DNA of 64,000 nucleotides, taken from positions 256,001 to 320,000 of the forward strand of contig CAWJCS010000005.1 in assembly GCA_963841435.1 (NCBI GenBank), in the 5' to 3' direction. The position numbers were made by a program, and so were the translations under genes. Within the stretch, counting starts at the first letter, position 1; the number at the start of each line of letters is the position of its first letter. The notes beneath the pieces are model-generated. The model saw nothing but the letters and a program-made list of their open reading frames with translations. It was not told the DNA's origin and searched no databases. Source of the DNA: an uncultured delta proteobacterium. Lineage in GTDB: Bacteria > Myxococcota_A > Polyangia > Polyangiales > Polyangiaceae. Positions 19,878-30,230 of the stretch are shown here, one piece after another.

Positions 19878-20459
19878 TCAGAGGTTCATCACGTTGAGAC
19901 CGAGCGTGACGAGCCCCGCGACGAGCGCCACGCTGCCGGCGACGTGGGCACGGCGCGTTCCCACGTGTGCGCCGTGCGAGGCTCGGAGCGCCGCGCGCCA
20001 GTAGAGCGCCGCCCCGCCGAGCACGAGCAGGAGCTCGAGCGCGATCGAAACGGCCTCGAAGCGCCAGATACCGAACCCGAGCCGCGGCAGCCCCCCGGCG
20101 TTGCCGGGAAGGAGCGGCAGATCGGCCCGGTGGACGACGAGATCGAGCACCCAGTGCGAAAAGGACACGCCTGCGAGCGTGACGGCGCCCCCGCGACCGA
20201 GCCGCCCGAGGAAGAACGCTCCGTAGAGCGCCGACAAGAAGAGCGCGCCGACGAGCGAGTGCGTGTAATCGGCGTGGATGATCACCTCGCCGTAGTGGCT
20301 GTCGGCGCCGTGGAGCGGCGTGAGCGTCTCGATGCCCGCAACGAAGAGGGGCACGAAGATCACGTCGAGCCATTGCGTCGCGACCATGAGCGCCCAGAGC
20401 GGCACCGCGGGGCGCCTGGCCTTGACCATGGCCGCGAAGCCAAAATGCCCGGCGATCAC
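19878..20459 (-). CDS. Membrane-bound metal-dependent hydrolase-like protein
   Basis: GHFG, QWLD, YTHSL, SHWVLDLVVHRADL. Confidence 0.85.
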   Translation of the reverse strand: MIAGHFGFAAMVKARRPAVPLWALMVATQWLDVIFVPLFVAGIETLTPLHGADSHYGEVIIHADYTHSLVGALFLSALYGAFFLGRLGRGGAVTLAGVSFSHWVLDLVVHRADLPLLPGNAGGLPRLGFGIWRFEAVSIALELLLVLGGAALYWRAALRASHGAHVGTRRAHVAGSVALVAGLVTLGLNVMNL

Positions 20460-20800
20460 GGCGCACCCCCTTTGCCGGCGGCCGTGCCACCAGCCCCTCG
20501 CGAGACGACGGGCCAGGGAAGGCGCCGATCGATGCGGCCGAGCACGACCGCGAACAGTAAAAGGCCGAGAACGAACGACATCGTGACCACCTCATCGTAG
20601 GTGAAGGCCGAGGTGAACGGCGGGAAATACGAAGAAGGGCGAGCGACGCCACCCGCGAGCTCGAACCGAAAGCCCGCGTCGACGCCCACGCTGAGCGTCG
20701 TTTGCCGGTCTGCGAGAGCACTCGCCTTCAAGCGTACGAGGCGCCTCGCCACGCCTGCATCGACCCCCACGAAGCCGCCCGAGCGGCCTGAGCGCAGCAC
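20456..20800 (-). pseudogene. Possible 3' remnant of a membrane protein gene
   Basis: Stop overlaps the next start (GTGA); protein-like tail PSSYFPPFTSAFTYDEVVTMSFVLGLLLFAVVLG; 5' part unconvincing. Confidence 0.35.
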
Positions 20801-20836
20801 CCGTTCGGCCGTGCTCGGAGCGCTCCAGCGCGGCCG

Positions 20837-22831
20837 TCAGTGCGCGACGTCCACGGTGATGCCCTGTCGCGCGGTGAGCGGAGCCTCGCCGTGCGGGCCG
20901 CCGTGGTCGGTGTAGACGAGCTCGATGCCGTAAAAGAGCCGCTCGGAGCGGTCCGTATCCCCATGATCCCCGAGATCGGGGACGAAGGTCACGCTGCACC
21001 CCGTGAGCGAGGTGACCGGGTGCGTGTGGGCGTTGTGACCGAGCCCGATGTTCCAGACGAGCTCGTCACACGCCGCATCGCCGTCCTCGGGATCGTGTCC
21101 CCAGCCTTCGAGCAAGGTGCCCCCGCCCGGGACGAGCACCACGCCGGGATCGGGGCTCACGATGTGGACTTCGGGTGGCGCGTTGCCGACCACGATCGTC
21201 TCGCCGACCGGCAAGCTTCGCTTCCCGGAGCTCGACACGACGACGAGACCCACGCCGTAGTTGCCCGGCTCCTCGAAGACGTGGCTCACCCTTTCACCCG
21301 TCGCGTCGGCGGCGCCGTCGCCGTCGAGGTCCCACAGGTACTCGACGAGCGTTTCGCCGTCCCCGTTCACGTGAGACCCTGCGGCCGAGAGCTCGACGGT
21401 GAGTGGTGACGCCCCGAAGGTCGGCGAGGCGCCGAGCGTCGCCACGGGCGAAAGCGCCGTGCCGAATTCGAGACGGCTGATCGCCGCGTCGGGGTTGTCG
21501 CCCCAGAAGGCGCTCCCGTATTCGAGCACATAAACGGCCCCGTCCGGTGTCACCTCGATATCGATGGGTCGGTGGAAGGCCTCGCCGGGAAAGGGCCGTT
21601 CGACGCCCGTGAGCGCACCGTCCCCGTCGAACGTCACGGCGGCGATGACGTCACGCGTCCAGTCCGTCATCAACAGAGCCCCCTGGAAGCGAGCGGGCAG
21701 CGCGTTCGGGGCGTCCTCGCTCGAGCGGTACACGGCGCCGGCCATGGCCGCGCGACCGACGAGCATGCCCGTGTCGTCGTACCCGTCGCCGAGGGCGTCG
21801 TAGCTCACCGTGTCGTAGTCGTAGGCGAGGAGCGACGGCTCGGTGCCGGCGCAATCGAAGGGCGCGCCCACGACACTGGTCGTGAAATCGAAGTCCGAAT
21901 ACGCAAGCCCATCGGCGATGCAATACGGCCAGCCGAAATTGCCCGGCGCGGTGGCGCGATCGATCTCGTCGTAGCCGCGCGGACCGAGGCTCGAGTCCTC
22001 CAGCGCGTCGGGCCCGATCTCACCCCAGTAGAGCGCCCCGTTTCGAGGATCGACAGCGAGGCGGAAGGGGTTGCGATTGCCGAGCGTGTAGATCTCGGGG
22101 CGGCCGAGCTCGCCGCTCTCGGGAAAGAGGTTGCCGGGCGGGATGCCGCCATCCGGCGCGATGCGCAGGATTTTCCCACGGAGATCGAAGGGGTTCGGCG
22201 CCGTGCGGCGGGCGTCGTACGTCTCGTGGCCGGCACGCCCGTCGAGGGGCGCCGCGCCCGACGAGCCGAACGGGTTCGTGTTGTCGCCCACGGAAAGGAA
22301 CAGCGTGCCGTCCGGCGCGAACGCGAGACCACCACCTTCGTGGCAGCAGAGCCTCTCGCTCGGCACGACGAGGAGCTCGACGCGGCTCGCAGGGTCGAGC
22401 GCGCCGTCCTTCGAAGCCGTAAAGCGCGCGAGCACGTTCTTTCCGGGCGGCGCGTCGAGGGGAAGCGGCTCTTCGAGCGGGAGCGAGTAGTAGAGGTAGA
22501 CGTAGCCGTTTTCGGCGAACGACGGATCGAGCGCGAGGCCGAGTAGCCCGCTTTCGTGACCGGTGTCCACGGCGAGCACGAGCGCGTCCTTCACGAGGCC
22601 GGTCTTCGCGTCGTAACGCCGCACCTCACCCGTGCGTTCCGCCCAGTACACGTCGCCCGCGGTCGAGACGCCGAGCGCCATCGGATTCTTCGGCGCGCGC
22701 GAGAGAAACGCGCGGCCGATGCGCACCTCCCCTTGCCCACCCTTTCGCACCTCGGGGTCCGAGCACGCACCGATAAAAAGCAAGAGTGCGACCGTGAGGA
22801 GCGCGGGGCATGAAAGGGGAGGCTTTCTCAT
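20837..22831 (-). CDS. PQQ-dependent sugar dehydrogenase (GSDH family) lipoprotein with PKD domain
   Basis: ESGLLGLALDP, CCHEGG, LRGKILRI, GNRNPFR, GNFGWPY; PKD motif YLWDLDGDG. Confidence 0.9.
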   Translation of the reverse strand: MRKPPLSCPALLTVALLLFIGACSDPEVRKGGQGEVRIGRAFLSRAPKNPMALGVSTAGDVYWAERTGEVRRYDAKTGLVKDALVLAVDTGHESGLLGLALDPSFAENGYVYLYYSLPLEEPLPLDAPPGKNVLARFTASKDGALDPASRVELLVVPSERLCCHEGGGLAFAPDGTLFLSVGDNTNPFGSSGAAPLDGRAGHETYDARRTAPNPFDLRGKILRIAPDGGIPPGNLFPESGELGRPEIYTLGNRNPFRLAVDPRNGALYWGEIGPDALEDSSLGPRGYDEIDRATAPGNFGWPYCIADGLAYSDFDFTTSVVGAPFDCAGTEPSLLAYDYDTVSYDALGDGYDDTGMLVGRAAMAGAVYRSSEDAPNALPARFQGALLMTDWTRDVIAAVTFDGDGALTGVERPFPGEAFHRPIDIEVTPDGAVYVLEYGSAFWGDNPDAAISRLEFGTALSPVATLGASPTFGASPLTVELSAAGSHVNGDGETLVEYLWDLDGDGAADATGERVSHVFEEPGNYGVGLVVVSSSGKRSLPVGETIVVGNAPPEVHIVSPDPGVVLVPGGGTLLEGWGHDPEDGDAACDELVWNIGLGHNAHTHPVTSLTGCSVTFVPDLGDHGDTDRSERLFYGIELVYTDHGGPHGEAPLTARQGITVDVAH

Positions 22832-22906
22832 GGGCGGGCGAAAGGGTAGAATAGTGGGATCCACGCGCCGGCGGTCGTCGGCGCCCCCGCCGCAGGGACA
22901 GCAAGC

Positions 22907-24652
22907 ATGCAGAGGTCACGTGCGCGCGCCGCCATGGTCGTCCTTTCTCTACCACTCGCCGGCCTTGCGCCTGCATGCGGCGGCTCCGGCGACGGGGGGA
23001 GCCCGGGCGGCGACGCGGGCAGCGCCGCCGCAGGCGGAACGGCCGGACGCAGCGCCGCGAGCGGCGGTCTAGCGGGCGGTGGCTCGGGGAGCGGCGGCTC
23101 GGCAGCGACGGGCGGCAAGGGCGCGAGCGGCGGCGACGCGGGACGCGGCGGCAGCTCGAGCGGCGGCGACGCGGGGAGTGGAGGAGGCGGCAGCGCCGGC
23201 AGCTCGGGCGCCGCGGGTGCAACGGGCGGCGAGGCGGGCGGCGCCGGAAACCCGGCGAACCCGCTGACCGTCTGCGACGAGCCGGACCTCGCCGACACCT
23301 CGGCGCCCGACCACGTCGTAGGCGACGGCTCACCCGAGAGCTGTACCGAGGAGGCGTTCGGCTCGGCCGCGGCGCAGGGCGGCGTGATCACGTTCGACTG
23401 CGGGCCCGATGCGATCACGATCACCGTAAGCTCGACGGTCGTCTTCACCAAGGAGAGTGTGCTCGACGGAGGCGGCCTCGTCACACTGAGCGGCGGCGGC
23501 TCGGCGCGTATCCTCTACCTCGACTCCGGCTACGACCAGACGACTCCCCGCCTCACGGTCCAACGCCTCACCTTTCGTGACGGAAGAAGCCCCCCGGGCG
23601 GCGACGACACGGCCGTGGGAGGAGGCGCCATCTACCGCGACGGCGGCAGCCTCACGGTGCTCGACTGCGATTTCGAAGACAATCACGCTCCCGAAACGGG
23701 ACAGGACCTAGCGGGCGGCGCCATCTACGGCTTCGGCGGCGGCGAGACCGTGATCGTCGGCAGCACCTTCACCGGCAACTCGGCGAGCGACGGCGGCGCC
23801 GTCGGCAGCCTGAACGGCGATCTCGTCGTCATCGACTCGGTTTTCACCGGCAACGCCGCCACGGGCACGGACGGCAACCCCGGCAACGGCGGCTGCGGCG
23901 GCGCGCTTTACATGGACGGCGGCGACGAGACCACGACGCTCTGCGGCGTCGTCATCGCCGACAACACGGCGGGCGCCATCGCGGGGGGCGTGTTTCGCGT
24001 GTCGAACTCCGACGACGGCACGTTCACGATGGAGCGGAGCGTCGTGCGCGACAATCGCGTGACACCGACGGACTCGGGCAACGCGGGCGGCCTGTACCTG
24101 CAGGGCCTCGCTCTCACGATCGAGGCCAGCACGATCTCGGGCAACCAGGCCTTTTACAACGGCGGGCTCTGGATCTCCGAGCGCGAGGCGAACCTTACCA
24201 ACGTGACCATCGCCGAGAACGTCGCATTCGGCAGCAACGGCGGCGGCCTCTGGCTGAGCCACGACCCCACGGGGACGCTCGAGAACTGCACGATCGCGAA
24301 CAACCATTCGACGGCCGACAGCCAGGTGGCGGGCGCGATCTTCGGCTCCGGGCTCGCGCTCAAGAACACCATCGTCTCGGGCAACACGGCGATGTACACG
24401 CCCGGCTGCGACGCCAAGCACCCGGACCTCGGTGGCAACGTGCAATGGCCCGCAGGAGCGCTGTGTGCGGACGGCATTCTCGTCGAGGACCCCGAGCTCG
24501 GCTCGCTTTCCGACAACGGCGGCGTCACGGAAACGCTCGTGCCGTCCGCGGCGAGCCCCGCCATCGCCCTCGGTAGCGACTGCCCGCCGACCGATCAGCG
24601 CGGCGTCGCGCGGAGCGAGCCGTGCACGGCGGGTGCCGTCGAGGCCCCTTAG
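22907..24652 (+). CDS. Gly-linker lipoprotein with right-handed beta-helix (GGAI/FxxN repeats) and choice-of-anchor Q-like tail
   Basis: GGAIY/FTGN repeats; DNGG.T...SPAI...DQRG...CTAGAVE. Confidence 0.85.
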   Translation: MQRSRARAAMVVLSLPLAGLAPACGGSGDGGSPGGDAGSAAAGGTAGRSAASGGLAGGGSGSGGSAATGGKGASGGDAGRGGSSSGGDAGSGGGGSAGSSGAAGATGGEAGGAGNPANPLTVCDEPDLADTSAPDHVVGDGSPESCTEEAFGSAAAQGGVITFDCGPDAITITVSSTVVFTKESVLDGGGLVTLSGGGSARILYLDSGYDQTTPRLTVQRLTFRDGRSPPGGDDTAVGGGAIYRDGGSLTVLDCDFEDNHAPETGQDLAGGAIYGFGGGETVIVGSTFTGNSASDGGAVGSLNGDLVVIDSVFTGNAATGTDGNPGNGGCGGALYMDGGDETTTLCGVVIADNTAGAIAGGVFRVSNSDDGTFTMERSVVRDNRVTPTDSGNAGGLYLQGLALTIEASTISGNQAFYNGGLWISEREANLTNVTIAENVAFGSNGGGLWLSHDPTGTLENCTIANNHSTADSQVAGAIFGSGLALKNTIVSGNTAMYTPGCDAKHPDLGGNVQWPAGALCADGILVEDPELGSLSDNGGVTETLVPSAASPAIALGSDCPPTDQRGVARSEPCTAGAVEAP

Positions 24653-24849
24653 CACTACTGTCAGAGTCTTGGAGGAACAGATCACGATCCGGCAGAGAGA
24701 ACATGAGCCACGAAAGCAACTGGCGCGGCCAGCGGGCGGCCGTCTTCGAGCACGAAATGGACGCAAGACGTGGGCGCCGCCGTCCGAAAAGTTCGCCGCC
24801 CGCCAATCTGCGAATTTCTCGAAGGAAACGCGAATCTCTGACAGTAGTG
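24653..24849. mobile_element. 197-bp MITE / internally deleted IS
   Basis: Perfect 14-bp TIR CACTACTGTCAGAG (24653-24666) / CTCTGACAGTAGTG (24836-24849); TTAG direct repeats at 24649-24652 and 24850-24853. Confidence 0.8.
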
Positions 24850-24905
24850 TTAGCGCTCCGCCAAAGCGCCGTCCCGAAGGCGTGCGGGGGCACCGCCGGC
24901 CGGGC

Positions 24906-26901
24906 TCAGTGTCGCACGCGCTCGAGCTTCGCCAAGGCGCGCGCACCCGTCGGGGCGCCCGGTGCACGCAGCGTGTCGCGCTCCTGCCCGACGAACGAGG
25001 ACCAGCCGTCGACGAGGTCGGACAGCTCGCCGACGACGGACGAGATTTCGTCACTCGACGGGGGGGCGGACGTCATGGCGTCGCGCGGAGGCTGACTCAC
25101 GCCGAGCGCGTTCAGGGCTCGTTCCAATGTCGCAACGAGCGTCGTCGCGCGGCCGAGCAGGTCATGGCGCAGCTTGGCGCTTTCGCGCCGGCGGCCAGCG
25201 ATGTTGACGGCTTCGAGGCCCGCGCAGATCGAGGCGCGGAGCGCTTCGTAGAGCGACCCGTCCGCCGAGCCCATCTCGAACACCGCGACGCCAAGCGAGC
25301 GCTCCCCGAAGCATAGCGGGGTGACCAGGAACGCCCGCGGGGCATCGGGGGTGAGCAGATGGCCCAAAAGGTCGGCCGTGGGGAAACGGCGCCGCTCGTC
25401 CGAGAGGGATCGCGGCCCTTCGGGCGTGAGCGCGAGAACGAGCGCGACGTCGCCGCGCCGCTCGTCCTCGGGGGTTTCGTGCAGCGCCAGGTAGGCCCGC
25501 GGAATGCCCATCGTGGGAAGCGCCCCCCCGACCGTACGAAGCAGCGCGTCGAGGTCGCTGCAGAGGATGAGCCCCTCGGCCAGATCGGCGAGCCCGTGCA
25601 TGGCCCTGAGATCGGCGAGATGCCGCTGCGATTCGCGGTGGTGGATCTGGTTCGCGAGCAGGACGCGCGCTTCGTGGAGCATGGTTTCGGCGCGAATGAG
25701 CAGCCCCCCGAGCTCGATCAGCGGGGGCACCGCGCCGCGGCGCAACGCCGTGATCACCGACTGAAAGCGGCGAAGGTCTGCGTCCGCGCGCTCGGCCTCG
25801 ACGAGGAGATCGTCCCACACCGTCGCGAACGCGACCGTGCCCTTGCCGCGCACGCCGGCCACGAAGGCGTCGACGAGAGCCCAAGCAGCCTCTTCTGACA
25901 CGAGGCCGGGCGCCGCCGCGAGCGCCTCGCTCACGAGCTCGGCACGCTTTTGCATCAACGGGCTTTCCTCGGCTGCGCTGTCGGGGCGACGCGGCGGGTC
26001 GACGACGAACTCGCGCTGATCGAGGGGGCAACCGCAGGAGCGCCGCATCACGATCTCAGTCTTCAGCTCCACGCGCTCGGTGGCAGCCTCGCCGCGGACC
26101 TGCGCGAGCACGCAGGCGACGGCGGCGGCGGCCTGCTCTTGAACCGCCTGGCGCGCGGTCGTGAGGCCCGGCAAGGCCTGGCGCGCGGCCGGTCCGTCGT
26201 CGAACCCGACGACGGCGCAGTCCTCCGGCACGCGAATGCCCCGCGCTCGAAGCGCCATCAACGCGCCGAGCGCCATCTCGTCGTTGGCGGCAACGACGGC
26301 GTCGAAATCCCGGCCCGAGGCGAGCAGCGCGTGCACGGCCCGCTCACCCGAGACCTGCAAAAAATCTCCGACGACCGCAAGCGCCGGCTCGAAGTCGATG
26401 CCAGCCGCCTCGAGCGCCTGGCGGTACCCCTCGAAACGAGCCTCCGCCTCGTCGTTCGCGATCGGCCCGCGCACGAATGCAACGTTCCTTCGGCCATGCG
26501 CCTCGACGAGGTGCGTCACGAGCCGTCGGGTGCCGTCGGCGTTGTCGAGCACGATGCTGGGCACGCCCGGCAGCGGCACGCCGACGCTGACCCGAGGGAG
26601 CGAGCTGAAGCGTTCGGCGAAGCCTGCGAGCACCTCGGCGCCCACACCGGACTCCAACGTTCCGGCCGACAGGATCAGTCCGTCAATCCGTTCCAGGTCG
26701 ATGGATTCGTAGACGCGATTGCGGAGCGACGCGGTTGCGCCGGGCTTGGCGGGCGCTCCGCCCGCGAAGCAGAGCAAGGTCGCGCCCTCGCGACGAGCAG
26801 CATCGGCCACCGCCGTGCAAAGGGCGTTCTGGTAGCTATCGTTCAACGCAATCGACCACGAGAGCGAGCGTCGGGTAAGTTTGCGAGATCGGCTTGGCCA
26901 C
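24906..26901 (-). CDS. LacI-type sugar-binding sensor without HTH, with a +1 frameshift near 26850
   Basis: HLVEAHGRRNVAF, AANDEMALG, VPEDCAVVGFDD, RRSCGC; GGAGG-GTG 26901 gives PTLALVVD-ALNDSYQ if one T is removed. Confidence 0.8.
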
Positions 26902-27259
26902 GATCCTCCATGCTACGACCATTTTCGCCTCGCCCGCTACACTGACAGCGCGCGCTGAAGAGATACCCATAACGCGCGCGCGGGGCCGGGGGGCTTCGAA
27001 GCGACGACGGCGCCCGAAGCGCCACGCTTCAGCGCCACGCTTCGGTCAATCTCTCGTCACGTAACTCGACACCACGGACACCACACTTGGCATCACTTTG
27101 TGTACACCACTTTACACTCGCACACATCGAACGACATCGGCCCCCTAGACCGACGGGAACCAGGAGAACGGCCCGGCGGTTTCGCTCGCGCAGAGAGGAC
27201 GGAACGTGTAGTTCTGGAGCTCCGAGGAAGCGTCTCCCAATGGACGCCCCGGACCACCG

Positions 27260-27775
27260 TTGCGCGCACCCAGGCACTACGTCAGGCACTGGCTCACAGC
27301 CTGCGCGTGCCTGTGCGCGCTCGTCGTCACGAGCCGGGCTCGCGCCGAAACGCCGCGCATGCGCACGACCTTGGGCGGCGCGTTCTCGGGCGCGCGCGAC
27401 CGCGCGGCACGCCTCGGCCGGAGCACACCCGCGCATCGTGCACGTTTGCGCGCGGGGCGCCCCGCGCGAGGACTGTTCCGGTTCGTCGCGGTCGGCCCTT
27501 CGCCGAGCAGCGCGCTCGCGGCGAGGGCAGCCAACCTTCCGCGCGGTGCCGGTCTCGAATGCCGCGCTCACTGCACCGACGGTCGCGTGACGAGCAACCG
27601 CTCGCTCGACGTCGCGAGCCGCGTGCTCGCCGGTGTCGCGGGTGCCGCCGTGGCGACGGGCGTCGTCCTGTGTTTCGCGCAACCGTCAGCGGGCGAGCGC
27701 AACGTGGTGGTACCGGTGTTCCGACTCAAGTTGTCGGGAAGCCGCGCGGTCGCGAGCGCGGGCTGGCAATTTTAG
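27260..27775 (+). CDS. Hypothetical secreted/membrane protein
   Basis: Signal-like ARA site, TM segment, ends AGWQF; start uncertain. Confidence 0.5.
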   Translation: MRAPRHYVRHWLTACACLCALVVTSRARAETPRMRTTLGGAFSGARDRAARLGRSTPAHRARLRAGRPARGLFRFVAVGPSPSSALAARAANLPRGAGLECRAHCTDGRVTSNRSLDVASRVLAGVAGAAVATGVVLCFAQPSAGERNVVVPVFRLKLSGSRAVASAGWQF

Positions 27776-27779
27776 GGCG

Positions 27780-28454
27780 TCAGAAGGAAAGCACGAAGGG
27801 GCCATAATCGGCCGAGCTCTCGCTGTGGGTCTGGTCGCCGTCGCTCATGATGCCGATGCCGACGAACGCGGGCACGTCGGCCGACGGGTCGCCGCCCTCG
27901 AAGTGCCTGCGGAACTCCGCACGGAGATCGAGATCCACGGACCGCCAGGTGCCGAGCGGCGGCCCCGACTGCAAGATGACCGTGTCCTGCGCGACGAACG
28001 GATTGCGCTTCCGATCGCACACCGCACCCTTCCTGCCCACGGCGCTCCAGACGTACTTCAGCGTGTAGTAGCGAAGGCCTCGCTTCCAGGTGACGTACAC
28101 GACGGCCGCGGAGTCGCCCTTGCCACTCACGCACTCGTCACCACCGCTGGGCAGCGTGCGGGCGCGCCAGGTCCAGCCGAGGCGAGACGCCGTTTCGCGC
28201 GCGCGGTCGGGAGCTTGCCAGCCGAGCACCGTGGTCTTCATGGGCGGGCGATAGCGAGAGCGAACGAACGAGGCGTCGCCCTCGCGAACGAGGGAGTAGT
28301 AGTTCGTCGGTCCTGACTCGCTCTCGACGACGCGCCAGGCGCTCGGCTCGATCGTGACCTTCGCGGCGGCCCACGCGGGCTGAGCGAGGGCAGAAAGCCC
28401 CAGGCACGCCCAGAGCGCGCGACCGACCGAGCGCCATCTGCGCATGAGTTTCAT
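27780..28454 (-). CDS. DUF3047 domain protein
   Basis: WTWRARTLP, GDSAAVVYV, LKYVWS, GIMSDGDQT..SSADY. Confidence 0.8.
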   Translation of the reverse strand: MKLMRRWRSVGRALWACLGLSALAQPAWAAAKVTIEPSAWRVVESESGPTNYYSLVREGDASFVRSRYRPPMKTTVLGWQAPDRARETASRLGWTWRARTLPSGGDECVSGKGDSAAVVYVTWKRGLRYYTLKYVWSAVGRKGAVCDRKRNPFVAQDTVILQSGPPLGTWRSVDLDLRAEFRRHFEGGDPSADVPAFVGIGIMSDGDQTHSESSADYGPFVLSF

Positions 28455-28589
28455 TTCTAGCTCGCCGCTCCCGCCTCGCAAGCGGCTCGACGAGGCGTCG
28501 CGCGCGAAACGCCAAAATCCGTGCAAACGCCGCGTCCGTTGGGTGGCGGTTTCGTTCGCGAGCGCGCGAAGTGGCGAGGGCGGGGACCG

Positions 28590-29051
28590 TCAGCTGCCCG
28601 TGTACGCGCGCGCGAGCGCCGCGATGTCGAGCTTCTTCATTTGCATCATCGCCTGCATCGCGCGCTCTGCCCCGTCGCGATCTGGTCCGCCCAGGTACTT
28701 TCCGAGCGTCTTCGGCACGATCTGCCAGCAGACGCCGAAGCGATCGGTGAGCCAACCGCACTGGATCTCCTTGCCGCCGCCCTCGAGCAGCGCCAGGTAG
28801 TAGCGGTCGATCTCGTCTTGCGTGTCACACGCTACGAACAGCGAGATACCCTGCGCGAAGCCGAAGCTCGGGCCGCCGTTCATGGCGATGAAGCTCTTGC
28901 CGAGGATCTCGAACGTGAGCGAAAAGACAGGTGAATCGGGGCCACCGGCGCGCGTCGTGCTCGTGATCGTGCCCTCGAAGATCGACACGTACTTCTGGAC
29001 CGCCTGCTCCGCCTCGTGGTCGTAAGTGATGAACGTCGTGATTTCGGCCAT
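28590..29051 (-). CDS. VOC/PhnB-like (3-dmu-9 3-methyltransferase family) protein
   Basis: AMNGGP, CGWLTDRFGVCWQIVP, MQMKKLDI. Confidence 0.92.
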   Translation of the reverse strand: MAEITTFITYDHEAEQAVQKYVSIFEGTITSTTRAGGPDSPVFSLTFEILGKSFIAMNGGPSFGFAQGISLFVACDTQDEIDRYYLALLEGGGKEIQCGWLTDRFGVCWQIVPKTLGKYLGGPDRDGAERAMQAMMQMKKLDIAALARAYTGS

Positions 29052-29366
29052 TTTATTGTCTCCGTGTTGGGGGGTTCGGTGCCGCCGGGCCCCTGCCCGG
29101 CTTCCTCCCACGGTCGGAGCCGACCGCACGGGCTCGACACGACTTCGGTTCTTTTTTGCGGCAACGTAGCCAAGCCTGCGGCGTGCGGGCGCAGTCCCTT
29201 CGTGGTCAGACGAAAGGGCTCCGAAGTTCGGATGAAACCTACCCCCACGCCAGGCGTAGGTAGAGCGAGCCCCGAAACTGAAGCGGCACGGAGGCACGCA
29301 GGCGATGTGCGCCCGGGAGCGTCCTGCCGCAGCGGGGCTGCGGGCCGCTCGGCCCAAAGGAGACTC

Positions 29367-29678
29367 ATGTTCACGCAGTCCGTCGTGCGGAGCGTTCTCG
29401 CGACCGCCTTTACCCTGACCCTCACCGTCAGTGCGTTCGCGCACGGTCACCCCGCGCTGACGCGAGCCCAGGCTCGCGCTGCGCACGCCGCCGCCTGCGA
29501 CGCCAAGAACGTCCGCCCCGGCGCGGGCTACCGCGATGCGATGCGTCGCTTCGGCCCCGCCACGGCGAGATCGAACCGCGTCGCCAGCGCCGGCTACCGC
29601 GATGCGATCCGTCGCTTCGGTCCCCGCCAGGCCCCGACCGTGGCGTGCACGACCTCGACTCGCTCGGCGAGCCGCTGA
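29367..29678 (+). CDS. Small secreted protein with a duplicated AGYRDAxRRFGP motif
   Basis: AAAGGAGA RBS; Sec signal ending AFA; internal repeat. Confidence 0.7.
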   Translation: MFTQSVVRSVLATAFTLTLTVSAFAHGHPALTRAQARAAHAAACDAKNVRPGAGYRDAMRRFGPATARSNRVASAGYRDAIRRFGPRQAPTVACTTSTRSASR

Positions 29679-29751
29679 GCACGGGCGAGCCGCAGCCACC
29701 GGGTGACCGGCGTGCCGCGGCTCCGTCCGCCGCGAGAAGCGGCCGAGCCGC

Positions 29752-30114
29752 TCAGCGGCTCTTGCCGTCGAACTGGGTGACGTTGAGCGCTCCGAGCTCG
29801 GCGTCATCCAGGCAGCGCGTGTTGACGGCGACCGTGGCGCCGCCGTCCCGCCCAGTGCCGCGCGCGAACGATTTGATGCCGCAGACGCGGCAGAACAAGT
29901 GGTGGATGACGTGATGGTTGAACTGATAGTCGGTCAGCGCGTCTTCCCCCGAAAGTAGCTGGAATTCCGACGCCGGAACGAAGCTGAGGAGTGTGCCGCT
30001 CCGCCCACACATGGAGCAATTGCAAGCGATGACCGGTTTCGTCAGATCGAGCTTCACCTCGTAGCGAACCTTGCCGCAGTGGCAGCCGCCCGCGTAGGTC
30101 TTGATCGCGCCCAT
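29752..30114 (-). CDS. GFA/CENP-V family zinc protein
   Basis: GGCHCG, CNCSMC, HLFCRVCG, AVNTRCL. Confidence 0.93.
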   Translation of the reverse strand: MGAIKTYAGGCHCGKVRYEVKLDLTKPVIACNCSMCGRSGTLLSFVPASEFQLLSGEDALTDYQFNHHVIHHLFCRVCGIKSFARGTGRDGGATVAVNTRCLDDAELGALNVTQFDGKSR

Positions 30115-30230
30115 GCGTCAAAGCTAGAGCGGCGAGCGCCTGCCGTCACCCCTCGGACCGCGAAAGGGGGCCACGGACGCTTCCGGCGCCGAGCGAGCGT
30201 CGGGGCGAAGACCTGATACGAACGGGGTCG

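Noticed and set aside
24703-25095. ORF starting inside the MITE as a transposase
   Set aside because: No DDE motifs; it runs out of the element into the antisense of the next gene
27088-27105. Sigma-54 promoter candidates (also near 29285, 38172, 47916)
   Set aside because: GG-N10-GC spacing is not met
29520-29625. RFamide neuropeptide homology of the RRFG repeats
   Set aside because: Gly is followed by Pro rather than a dibasic site, and no amidating enzyme is evident; likely coincidental
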